Part shown: piece after piece, positions 1 through 11,914 of the stretch
Layout of the letters: every line of letters starts with the position of its first letter
How positions within the stretch are numbered: position 1 is the first letter of the stretch
From: Chrysomallon squamiferum
Lineage: Eukaryota > Animalia > Mollusca
NCBI GenBank assembly: GCA_012295275.1
Contig: CM022672.1
Coordinates: 15,314,001 to 15,378,000, forward strand
Reading direction: 5' to 3'
Length of the DNA stretch: 64,000 bases
Position numbers and translations under genes: made by a program
The notes under the pieces: generated by a model
The model's database searches: none
What the model saw: the letters and a program-made list of their open reading frames with translations, nothing else
Told to the model about the DNA's origin: nothing

Positions 1-248
1 CACTATTAAAAAATTCCACACGGTTCACATGGACTATATAATATAACAGTGCTACAACAGCGACGCTGGCAGATTTATTGTGATTTGTTCTATACACTGA
101 CAGAAAATAGACGTTCTCTTTGTGGCATTTTGATAGAATAATCAAATCGCGCCTATCTTTCCATGACGTCACGTTTTCAGTTAGGTTTGAGTGATAACAG
201 GCTCAGGCTCACATATGCCATCTCATTGCAAGAATAGGGATATAGTAA
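1..248. mobile_element. Unrelated sequence (probable end of an inserted element) interrupting the large exon of CARD-gene copy A
   Basis: Homology to copies B/C (gtgaattcttctcatgttcat) begins abruptly at ~249, in the middle of their exon 4. Bases 1-248 have no counterpart in B/C, lack a polypyrimidine acceptor, are CpG-richer (TGACGTCA at 165-172) and end in AATAGGGATATAGTAAA. The family cannot be identified from this fragment. Confidence 0.45.
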
Positions 249-2484
249 AGTGAATTCTTCTCATGTTCATTGTAATCTATAATCTGCCTGGATGTTCTCA
301 AAACAAGCAGGATAATCAGACAGCTCAAATTAAATCCGATTCTACTAAGTCTTTGCAGGTATCAAGTCCAGATAGAAAAAGACCTATGAATGAAAGTGGC
401 GGTGTTGTGGTCAGACCTGTTCTACAGGCAGGCAATTTTACGAATGAAGTTCCAACCGTTCCAATTCCAGACTACCAGTATATGCATGGTCACTCACCAG
501 TTACAGACACATCTGAGATCTGTTACCCACCAAGTGTTCCAGGGGGAAACACAGTAGATGGAGACAGAATATCAGAATTAAGGGACTACAACAGAAACAT
601 TATTAACCAGTTCACGGCTTCAAATACAGAATCAGATGAAAATAATTTAATTGTGCCAGTGATATCCAAAGACAGAACATTGCTAGCATGTGAGGAAAAG
701 AAGATTAATATGTCTGAGAGTGTAAATGGAAATAGTGACAGAAGTACAAAGATAGAAGATAATGATGAATTGCAGCATTCCTGTCATTTACCACATTTCA
801 ACGTTCTGTTATCTTCTATGAGAGGACAAGGTAAAAAATATAGATCATCTTCTTTAGAGAGTTCTCATGACAATGGACTGAATGATAATAGTCTGGTTCA
901 GTCCACAGAAAAAATTTTCAGATTGAAAGTATAAATGAAATGAATGAATATTTGAATAATTCTACTGAATATTTTAATAAAGATATTATGGAGCCATATC
1001 TTCAAATTACTACTAATAGTTCTGTTGCTGATGATGAAAAATATGTCCCTTTGTCATTAACTGATTTTATAGATCCTCTAAATATTCAGAAACCTGCTGT
1101 AGAAAGAGCTACAAGTAAATTAAAAGTTGCTGAAAAGTTACTAGAAAATAAAACTGAAACACAAGCAAGAAGCTCTTCAGATGAATTCATGACCAAGACG
1201 TCATTTCTGTTGAACAAAAATGAAGAGAACACAGATAAAATGACAGTAAAGACTGAAGATACAAATGATTTCTCTGAATTCCACAAAAAAGATCAGCAAC
1301 TGGCAATAAATAATAGTGCTGTGAAGATAAATGCTACAGAGATAACAAGAACCCACTATGGTTACAAAGGAAGGAGTAAAACAAGATAAACTACCACTGC
1401 AGTCAAATTCAACTGAATCTTTAACATCTGGAGATGAAGGAAAATATACTCTGCCTGATAACATAAATGAAGGCCAGTGAATTGATTGAAGATGAAAGAA
1501 AAGATACTGTGCCTCATAAAATAAATGAAGCCAGTGCACTGATTGAAGATGAAAGAAAGATTCTGTGCCTGACATCATACGTGAAGTCAGTACATTGATT
1601 GAAGATGAAAGAAAAGATACTGTTCATGATAACATTAATGAAGCCAATTCACTGACTGAAGATGAAAGAAAAGATGCAGTACCTGATAACATGCATGAAA
1701 CCAATGCATTGACTGAAGATAAAGGAAAAGATGCTGTGCCTGATAACAATGAAGCCAGTGCATTGATTGAAGATGAAAGAAAAGATACTGTGCCTGTTCA
1801 TGATGAAGCCAGTGAACATTAAAGGAAATGAAGTACCCAAGAAGCCAACATTGACTGAAGATGAAAGAAAAGATGCAGTACCTGATAACATGCATGAAAC
1901 CTGAAGATGAATTGAATTGAAAAGATGATAACATGCATGAAGCCAGTGAATTGACTGAAGATGAAAGAAAAGATACTGTGCCTGATAACATGCATGAAGC
2001 CAGTGAATTGACTGAAGATAAAGGAAAAGATGCTGTATCTGATAACATGCATGAAGCCAGTGAATTGATTGAAGATGAAAGAAAAGATACTGTGCCTGAT
2101 AACATGCTATGACTGAAGATAAAGGAAAAGACCTGATAACATGCATGAAGCCAGTGAATTGACTGAAGATGAAAGCCAATGAATTGATTGAAGATGAAGG
2201 AAAAGATACTGTACCTGATAACATGCATGAAAAAGCCAATGCATTGATTGAAGATGATGAAAAAAGATACTGTGCCTGATAACATGCATGAAGCCAGTGA
2301 ATTGACTGAATAAAGGAAAAGAAGCATGCATGAAGCCAATGCAATTGAAGATGAAAGAAAAGATGCTGTGCCTGCGTCCATCTGATTGAAGATGAAAGAA
2401 AAGATACAAATCATTGATTATCAGATTCACTGATTACAGTTCAATTATAAAATAGTAAATGAAATATTTTTAAGTCTGAAATGA
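249..2484 (+). pseudogene. MAVS-like CARD gene copy A, 3' part of large exon 4, frameshifted
   Basis: ORFs 263-934, 940-1389 and 1565-1822 are consecutive, frame-shifted pieces of the protein seen at 11947-15196 and 23766-25760. There is a 1-nt loss at ~912 and many indels in the repeat. The 5' exons are not in the window. Confidence 0.75.
1430..2410 (+). repeat. Coding minisatellite, 57-bp unit (EDERKDTVPDNMHEASELI), ~17 units, many garbled
   Basis: Repeated gaagatgaaagaaaagatactgtgcctgataacatgcatgaagccagtgaattgatt. Confidence 0.92.
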
Positions 2485-2962
2485 ACTTATTTATTGTAGA
2501 AGGATCTGTAAAGATTTTACAGTCAGGCTGTAAAAAAAAAAAAAAAAAAATGTAAGAAAGAAAGAATTATTAACATTAAATATTTACTGATTTAAGAAAA
2601 TTATTCTGTTTTTATAATAGCTTTTAAAAGAGATATATATTTTGAAGATTTTATCTATTATGTCTGTATTTCTAAACTATGATGTTAGTATTTACAGTGA
2701 TTGCATAATTACAGTTGTTTACTACTTTACAATACTGAAGATTGTACCTACTAATGTTTGTATCTAAAATGTTACATTAATATTCACAGTGATAACATAA
2801 TTACAAATGTTTTTTTTTTTTTTAAATCTGTTTTTAAGGAATTGGAAGAGGAATGTTAATAATATTTATAAAAAGGAATGATTTACATGTGTTAACTAAA
2901 AAAATCATGGTATCTAATGTAAAGAATTTATAATGAATGGCTTTCCTAATTACTTCTTACAG

Positions 2963-3024
2963 TTGTACCTTGTGCTTTATTAAGTATACAGCAGAGTACA
3001 GCTTCAAGTACAGACTTCAAGTGA
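2963..3024 (+). CDS. Putative small terminal exon of CARD gene copy A (VPCALLSIQQSTASSTDFK*)
   Basis: Branch point plus acceptor cctaattacttcttacag, conserved in all three copies. The only A vs B/C difference (CAG/CAA) is synonymous in this frame. AATAAA lies ~55 nt downstream. The upstream donor is uncertain. Confidence 0.4.
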
Positions 3025-6000
3025 GCTGAAAAGTCTTCATTTTATCTCACCATTTTTCATTTTCTTCCATCAGCTGTCAATAAATAATAATAATAATAAT
3101 AATAATAAGATAGATAGATAGATAAATAAAAATAATCTGAAAGGAAATCTTTATTTTTAATAAATATGATGGCGGAAAGATAAATGCTGGACAAAAACAA
3201 AAAAAGTTATTATTTACCTCTTTGAGGAGAGAAAAAGATTTTAAAAATTGGAAAAGAAAAGAATTATAATAGTAATAATTTCATTTATCATCATTAGCTT
3301 TTGACACTTGTAAATCTCAGATCATTAGATAACTGACCTTACCATTGATGGAAAAAGAAACAGTTTTAGTAATTGTATCTAAATATTCAGAGTTTTAACG
3401 TGGAAATTTTGATGTAAAAATAACCAGAAATTCATGAAACTGTACTTAATATGGGAAATTAAAAAACTAGTATTTTCAGCATCAGTGGATTATTACTTAA
3501 TAATGTGCTGAGTGACGTTTCACTGACTTTTTTGTGCACTATCACAAATGATTAATATTTTGTGATTAAAAGAGTATCTGATTACCTAAATATGTTGTAT
3601 GATGATTAAAATAAATTTTCGTTTCTGAAATACTCAAAAATTGCCCTTACAAAATTTATCATACATTTTTTTTTTTTTAAATTTAGCAACTTATTCATTC
3701 GAAATGGATTAAATATTTTCTCAACACAATGTTACCTTCTGAATTTATTTTTTCACAGAGGTGTAATATATATATTTATTTAATCATACGCCAGATATTG
3801 CATTGGCATTAAATTTATATTTATTCCTTGAAATCTTTATTTTTATTATTATTATTTTTCAAAACCATCATTTAATTTTCTTTAAATATAAACTTGTTTC
3901 TGAAGTAACTATCATTGTAATTATGGTTATTTTTTAATTTTATTATTATTATTATTATCATTGTTTGAATATAGTTTTTATGTTATTTATAGATTATCTG
4001 TCTAAAATGTTATATTTTCAAAAATTAATTCTAGGTAGCTCAAATTATTTTTGTTTTGTTGTTGTTGTTATCGTTTTCATTTCTTTACAAAGTGCTTTGT
4101 TGAAGAAATTTCCCTTTCTTGCTTTGATTTTACTGTTACATATTAATAATAACTAATTGCTGTTTATTTTATTTTCAATTAGATTTTCAAATAATTTTCA
4201 GTGATAGAACCCAGTGATTGAAAAACACCTGCAAAACACAATTTGTTAATCTAATCTGCTTTCTTATTAACATAATAAAACGTTTTCAACACTGTTTTTT
4301 TTCTGTTTTGTTTTGTGTGTTTTTTCATCTTTTTCTACTTTATTCTTCTTTTTATCTTCTATTTCTTTGTCATTTACTACATCTTTTCATCTTTTTCCAT
4401 TTTTTTTTCATGTTTCATCCTCTTCCTTTTTCATAATTTCTGTTTTCTTCTAGGTTTTCTTCTTTTTAATTTCTACTTTTTCCTTCTTTTTAGTTTCTAC
4501 TGATTCACTTTTACCTTAAATTTCTTTATTATTATTATCATTCTTTTGATGGTAATATTACTAAACAAAAATATTTCACATCCATATAACAAATTTATAA
4601 TAAGACAACTGCTTTCATAAAACAATTATTTTGTTTTAGTCAAATAATATAAAATACTCTTTTCCATCTGATAATGATTCTAATCTTCAAACTCGAATGA
4701 GAAATGACTGTGTTATTTTAATGTGTAATATATTGTGAATTTTCAAAAATAATTTTTTCATCATGATCTGTACAAGGGCAAAAATCTTGCCTACTATGTT
4801 GTAAAACAATAATGCATAACATTTAAATCTGTATGCTGGTATATATATATATATATATATTTTACTTTTTTTTATTTAAACAAATATTGATTTCAGTACA
4901 TAACTCTTTGTTTTAAGTATGTGTGTGTATGAGTGTTTAAAGTTACATGTTTATTCAAGAAAATAATTTACTTTATTACTGTAATTTTTAAATATTTATT
5001 CATTTACTGTGAATTCATTACACTAAAGCTACAGTATACAGACCTTAACCTTTCCCTTTGGATTCTCTTTATCTGTGGGTTTTATGCACATACAAAATTA
5101 TTATAAAACCGACCTTCGCTCCCTACCAGACTGTGATTACATAATGATAAATTAAATACTCATTTACAAACAAATAACTGTTTTCAAAGTTTCGCTTTTG
5201 CCGTCGTGGAAAGACAAATCGTATATTGGAACATTACCCATAAAATTGTAAAGGTTGTTTACAAAGAACCATTGACTGGATATTTGGTTTATTCATTGTG
5301 TGTGTTATTATTTTCAAATGGAATAGAGAAAATATAAAGACTGACTATAAGAAACATACACTGACAGACAAATTTATAATAACGCTTATCCAAACACAAA
5401 TACACATAAAAGAACACATTTGTTAGAAAATTTCATAAAAAAAGAAATTAATCATATTTAACGAAATCATTGCAAGTGATATAAAGATCAGTTTTTCAAA
5501 TGCAATCTTCACTTTCCAGTTTTGTTCTAAGCAAGCTTGACAGTCAAAAACTTCAATGATCTGTATGTGCCAAATAATTCCCAAATTTTCTTTCCAGTTT
5601 TCCATACCAGGTAAACAAAGATCGGAAAGTGGATTCTCAGCAACAGGTTGTCATTTCCTCTTATAATGTGTGTAAAGATCTGCATTTTCAGATGGGCTAA
5701 CAGCTTCAACATTTTGTTAAATATATAAATGTATGAGTGTTTGTGCTGTGTCTGTGTCTATACTATTCAGTGCTGTTACAAAATGTGGCAGAATAATCCA
5801 TTTAGATGGTAAGGTTCACTTACAAGGAAAATATCATTTTGAACTGTAAAAGAATAATAGCTGTACGATTGTGGTCACAACTGTTAATTCTCCACTAGTT
5901 TTAGAAAAAAATATATATATATAAAAATAATAATAATAATAATAAATAATGAAATAATGAAACCTTTCTACCCAAAGGCTTCATAAAAAGGAAACGAATT

Positions 6001-6880
6001 TATTATCATATTCTGGGCTGTGCTGGGCACTTCAACTAGGAACAAATAAAATAATAAATAGAATAAATAAAATAAAATAATAAAATAAAATAATAAATAG
6101 AATAAATAAAAGAATAAAATAATAAATCGAATAAATAAAAGAATAAAATAATAAATAGAATAAATAAAAGAATAGAATAAAGAAGACAACAAATTTTGTT
6201 AACATTTATGAGATTTATTAAATATCAGATTATTTTACTATCAACATTCAAAGCATGACTGTAGCAATGGTTTTAAAAAAAAATATTTATAAAAATAATA
6301 CAGGCTTCAAAATAAGATTAAAACATTTTAAACCAAGTTTTTAACAAATGAACCTTAACGACCACTTTTTAGCCTCACCACAGTACTGCAACAATTTTAA
6401 GTTACTTTTGTACACACATTTCAAAATAGTAAAGTAATTTACATACAACAGGTTCTGGATAATGTACGTATAAATGTGTGTGTTAGTGTAATGTTTGCAG
6501 GCATGCAGTGATATGTAATAACTGTTTTTTTCTGAACACATGAAACCTGTTTTGAAGCCTGTTTTATAATAACGTGCTAAATCACAGGGTTTTTTTTAAT
6601 TAGTAATTTTGTATAATTAAACATAAGGCATTTTCTGAAACACTATAATACTGTTTCTTACAAAAGTTTGCTGATAATTTTAGTTTTAACTTTTTAACTA
6701 TTTTGAGATAAGACCTCTACATTTCTAAAAAATAAAATAGAATAAAATAAATAAATAAATAATATAAGAAGACAAATAATAACAATAATAATCATTCATC
6801 TCTGTGTCATAAGTTGGCTAATGATTTAAGTTTTAATTAACCTTTTAACTATTTTGAGATACGATCTCTACATTTCTAAA

Positions 6881-6923
<43 letters not shown>

Positions 6924-7815
6924 TTAAAAAGTATATAATAAATAATAAAAATAATAATAATCTTTCATCTCTGTCATAAGCATTATGAACCCTATTAAAA
7001 AAATAATAATAAATAAAATAAAATAAAAAATGAAATGTCAGTAACATTAAACTTTCCTTTCACAGTGTATTAATTTTTAGCATTAAATATAGTTTATTTC
7101 TTCTTTCTTTTTTTTTTTTTTTTTCTTTCATGGTTTATTTTATATTTTAAGTATATATTTAACTTTTCGTCTCAATCGTGCAGGATAAAGGGTTCGGTAC
7201 CTGTACAATCAGAAACACTCACTAGCAAACAGATTAATTTTGGATGGAAAATGTCAGTACTCTCACGCAGTAGCGTATTACTGATGTAATGAATTTGTAA
7301 CAAAATATTTAAATCATATGTGAAGTAACCTAATTGGAAAGAATAAAATATGAATCCGAAAATATTTGATTTTAATGTGATACAAGTTGTTTAATGCGTC
7401 TGCTTTCTTCCTTCATGTCTACACAGGTTTGTTTAGGTTTGTATATTATTTTTGGAGACTGTGTTTAACCTTACAAACCATCTTTTTATTCTGTAATTAA
7501 AGGGCAGTTCATTAATTGGATTTAGTACTACAGTATTATTATTAATTTTATTATTATTATTATTATTATTTTTTTCATTTTTTATATATGTTTTTTAATG
7601 TTTTTTTCTTTTACCGTTTTTTTTTTTCGTTTTTTTTTTCTGTTGTATCTGATGTTTGTTTGTTTATTTTGTTCGATAAAAAATAGAAATATTACACATT
7701 CTGTGTTTATAATGTTCTTTTATTCATCCTTTGCAGCGCTTCACATTAATGATTAAATTAGCCATTAATTATATTACAACCACGAAAAAAAAAAAAAAAA
7801 AAAATAAGTTTAACT

Positions 7816-7903
7816 GGTTTTCGTTTGTGGCGGAATATCATTAAGAAACGTTGTCATTAAAGTACTATAAATAGTTATTTGGACTTTTATCGTTATTTCA
7901 CTT
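7816..7903 (+). promoter_or_regulatory. Putative core promoter of copy B: IRF-core-like motif, TATA box, initiator-like sequence
   Basis: GGTTTTCGTTT (reverse complement contains AAACGAAA) at 7816-7826, TATAAATA at 7866-7873, TTCACTT ~30 nt downstream, and a strong donor AG|GTAAGT at 7999. All are conserved in copy C. Confidence 0.55.
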
Positions 7904-7998
7904 ATTTGGGTCTTTAATATTTTAAAATATTGGTGTAATTTTTAAACGTTTCTCTATACATTTCTTTCGACCAACGAACATAAATATCAGATGAAAAG
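7895..7998 (+). other. Putative 5' leader exon 1 of copy B, ending in ATGAAAAG (uORF start)
   Basis: Lies between the TATA box and the consensus donor AAG|GTAAGT. The 5' end is approximate. Confidence 0.55.
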
Positions 7999-8355
7999 GT
8001 AAGTTTGTATTTATACACGAGTTTCAGTGTCAAAGTGACAGTAGTATCGACTATCGTAGTCACCGTCACAGTAATGTAATTCATCGTTTAACAAACTCGA
8101 CCCTGTCATTGATACTTTTAAAATCAAAATCTAACTTTCTTATAATGACTGAATAAATAAGTAAAAGAAAAGTAAAAAGGTGAATTAGTTTAGGAACATC
8201 CAAGAAGAGTAGAAAATTTCAACTGAAACCGAATAACCAATAATACAAATAAATCATAGTATTTCATTTATCTACAACTAACTTTCCCTTATTTATTGAT
8301 AATCAGTCATGCGATGTAAGATTAGGTAAAATAAATCAAACAATACTTCTTGAAT

Positions 8356-10664
8356 TTAAACCCGACCGTCTCAGATTTTTTTATGAAACTTGGTATACTT
8401 GTTGACTGGGATCCCACAGACCCAAATCATATTTTAAGCCAATCGGACCAGTGGTGTTTGAGATATTGTCAAAAATGGGCATGACCACCAACCTTTGAAC
8501 CTCATATCTCAGGAACTATTGGGCCAATCTTTATAAAATTGGTATTGTTCAAAAGGCAATATGACAAGGGATTCCCAAATCTGGGTCACTTACCTTTTGA
8601 CCTTTGTTATGACCTTGAAATTCACGGTGAAATTGACCGGGTGTAATATTTGTTGTTTAGCCACAATCAGGATTTTAAAAAATGCACGTCCATAAAAATA
8701 ACACCTTTTCTGCCATTAACATCTGATTAACTAAAACCTGAATGATCAGTTCTGGATGATAGGAATCACCATCTCTCTTGATTACCGAGTAAGACATTGT
8801 AGGCCTACATGTATGCATAAAGTTTAAATAAATTTGAAAGAACTAGGTGTTTCTGATGCTTAGCCTTATCACCATCTTTGTTTCCAATGCTCACTGTATC
8901 CTTTATTCCCAGACACATTCTACTGTTCTCGTCACTTTCATAAAATTGGACTATTTCCTCCTTTAATTCATTTGACAAAACGTTCCCTTGTTTCTTATCA
9001 CAGGGGGATAGAACCCCTTTCTCTTTCTTCACCACACAGCTTTTTTTCACAAGGTAATTCGTTGTTTCAAATTCATTCATTGTCCTTTCAATGGTAAAGA
9101 GTGACAAAGTCAAGATTTGCACATGTTCTGCATAGGATTCGGACTTGTTGAATTTCTCTTTTAACTCCTGAAATATGTTCCTGAAAAAATGAAGGTCTGG
9201 TTTTTCTGATGAGTCAAGGTCACTTTCAGGAGAATGAAGCAGAATATCATAGACTGTTTCAAGATGTCATTTTAATGTTACTGTAGCTGATGCTAGTTTT
9301 TTCTGTCCTCTCATTCGTTTACTGGAACGTGCTTGAAAGTTCTTGTTCATGATACTCTTGATGTCCCGTGTTTTGATCACACTTCGAAGTGTGAGGAGTT
9401 CAACTTCCTCAGTTTTCCATACACTTTGCAACAACTCCTTTTTGGTATGATGGTGTTGATAACACACATTTTCAGGAGAGTAAAAGCTGCAGTTAGCCCT
9501 GGAAGAAATAAGGATTTTCAGTATTGCCTGCACCTTCAATTCAATAGAACAAAGTCGGTACTTTCCTAAATATCAAATCAAACCCAGAAACCCTTTCAGT
9601 TAAGTTAAGTAGGTCATAAAATGGCAGCAGAGTACATGCGTCATTGCCAAAGGCCCACAAGCCTTGGGCATTTAGGTCAAACTTTTCAAGTATAAATCAC
9701 AATTTATCAAGGAGAAGGTAGACCTTGTTCATACTCTGTGCCAAAGACTGGATGTACAAATACATTATGCAGTACATCACTCGATGAAGTCTGATTTCAG
9801 ACTGATTTGTACTGTTGTTGACTGAAACCTTGTTCAAAACCATTGGTCAGGCCACATGACATGATAAAATGACTTAATAGGTTTTATGAAGAAAACATAA
9901 TGCTTACATATCAACATCTGTCATTATGTCCAACTTGATAGCTTCAGATTGTCAAAGAAATGCAGATGAAGAAACGTCTTTGTCTTAAACTTCTAGTTGT
10001 CATGTGCTCAATGGGGATTTCACCAGGGGATTTCAAGGAGTTCCTGACATGCCTGTTAACCCTTTGAGCCTTATTTTCGTAGAACATGTCATGCCATTTG
10101 GCATCTTTTCATATCCTTCAGGCATTCCTTCAAAAATGTCAGGTGGGTTTTAACTCCAAAGATGAGTTTTTGATCTCAGAGAAGTGAATACATGTAGAAA
10201 ATGTACATTGTAATGCATTGTATCAATCCTCCATCCAGGAATGCATGTTTTAAATCTATATTATGGCTAAACAACAAATATTACACCTAAGAAACATTTA
10301 TATGTTTTAATTAACATGTGGGAGATTCAATTTCAATAAAGGTCATCTCAAGGTCATGCGATCCACAGGTCAGTTTCAAGGTCATAACAGGTCAAAAGGT
10401 CAGTGAACCCAAAATTTTCCTTGTCATATTGCCTTTTCAACAATACCAATTTTATGAAGATTGGCCCAGTAGTTCCTGAGATATAACAGTTAAAAGGTTG
10501 GTGGTCGCAAAATTTGGGGGCCATATAAATCCAAACCACTGGTCTGATTGGCCTAAAATTTCAGATTTGGTGCTGTGGGATTCCAATCAACAAGTATACC
10601 AAGTTTCATAAAAATCTGAGTCAGTCGTGTTTAACCCAATGGGTGATTTGACACGGAATGACCC
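8356..10664 (-). mobile_element. Defective Sola2-like DNA transposon with long terminal inverted repeats
   Basis: Absent from copy C. 8356-~8690 is an inverted repeat of ~10240-10635. The intact terminus reads GGGTCATTCCGTGTCAAATC on the - strand. The transposase remnant 8805-9122 (EIVQFYESDENSRMCLGIKDTVS...QKHLVLSNLFKLY) resembles the Sola2 transposase N-terminal region. Confidence 0.75.
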
Positions 10665-10695
10665 TTTTAATAACTTTTGCATTTTCTCGCTGTAG

Positions 10696-10833
10696 ATGAA
10701 TCCTCTAGATGACTATTTTGTTGTCAATGAAGCCAAGAAGAAGCTTGTTCGTATAAATTTTCGAAAACTTTTGGATCCAGAATGTCCAAACATAATAGAC
10801 AGTCTGGCAGATTTTCTTAGTCCAAGAGAAATG
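10696..10833 (+). CDS. MAVS-like CARD gene copy B, exon 2 (CARD first half)
   Basis: tag|ATG...GAAATG|gt, 138 nt, open: MNPLDDYFVVNEAKKKLVRINFRKLLDPECPNIIDSLADFLSPREM. Same length and splice sites as copy C. Confidence 0.85.
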
Positions 10834-11138
10834 GTTTACTTTTTAAATTTTTTACTATAATTAACTATTTATTTTATTTCATTTTCATTTATTAACTTTC
10901 TTTTTTATTTATTTATTTTAATTTTAAATCTTTTTTATTGATATTATATTTGAATATAAACAAATCTGTTTCAATTTTTATATTTATTTTTTAGTTATTT
11001 TTTTTTTTTTTTTTTTTTTTTTAGATAACCCAGTAATTTCTTTATAGAACCTTTAACCTTTCTTCGACTGGTAGATATATAGCCCTTTTGTAATAATGAC
11101 CTGAAACAGTAATAAATTAATATTTCTGATTATCTTAG

Positions 11139-11290
11139 GATGAACTAAAAAAAAGACATCAAAACCATGCCAATCAAGATGTCATGGGAAAATTGTGGGA
11201 CTATGCCATGAAACGAGATTGATTGGTGGATAAAAATGGAAAAAGTACTGAGAGAAGAAGGTTATCTAAAAGAAGCTGATATACTGGCAG
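11139..11290 (+). CDS. MAVS-like CARD gene copy B, exon 3 (CARD second half); 1-nt insertion gives TGA at 11220-11222
   Basis: ttag|GAT...GCAG|gtat, 152 nt versus 151 nt in copy C. Reads DELKKRHQNHANQDVMGKLWDYAMKRD, then the frameshift, then WWIKMEKVLREEGYLKEADILA. Confidence 0.8.
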
Positions 11291-11914
11291 GTATACATCA
11301 TCATATACTTCTATTATAAATGATTTGAAATAAGTTGAAAATGAAGAGAAATAGAACATATATATTGATGAATCTGTATTTCTTAAATTGGTTTAGAAGA
11401 GAATGAGTTAACAGTCAGTTTTATCAATTTAATTGAAGATTAAGTTCACCATGTTAAAGAATAAAAATGTATATATACATATATAAATGATTATTTAGAG
11501 ATTTCTCTTAACAACAATGAATATGTATATGCTTGTATACATGCTATCATACATATACACACAAACATACATATGTACAGACTGCAGAGATGATTTCCTG
11601 GAAGAAAAATACTGATCAATGTTCTTACGTATCAAAAGTGTTACACAAAAAATAGTTTTAATGCATATTGCAGACAATTATATTGTTAAAATTTAGTTTC
11701 ATTAATGTTGTTTTGAGAAACACATTTTTGGAAATTGGAAAATTTCAAAAAAAGTTTTGTATCCTTAAAATAGGGCTTTATTTAAAAGTCTGATTCAGTT
11801 AGTGGATAGTGTCCCATATATATGTCTCTCTGTGTGTGTATGTTTCTGTGTTTATGTATATGTATATGGATATGTAAGTTATGTTATGTTTATTTATGAA
11901 GTTTTGAATTCCAG

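Noticed and set aside
3965-4503. Hydrophobic ORFs also seen at 16772-17303
   Set aside because: T-rich low-complexity sequence with non-ATG starts, largely deleted in copy C.
5423-5712. Minus-strand ORFs with coding-like composition repeated in the units
   Set aside because: They have stops and indels between copies and no recognisable domain. They may be a decayed element, but I cannot support a call.
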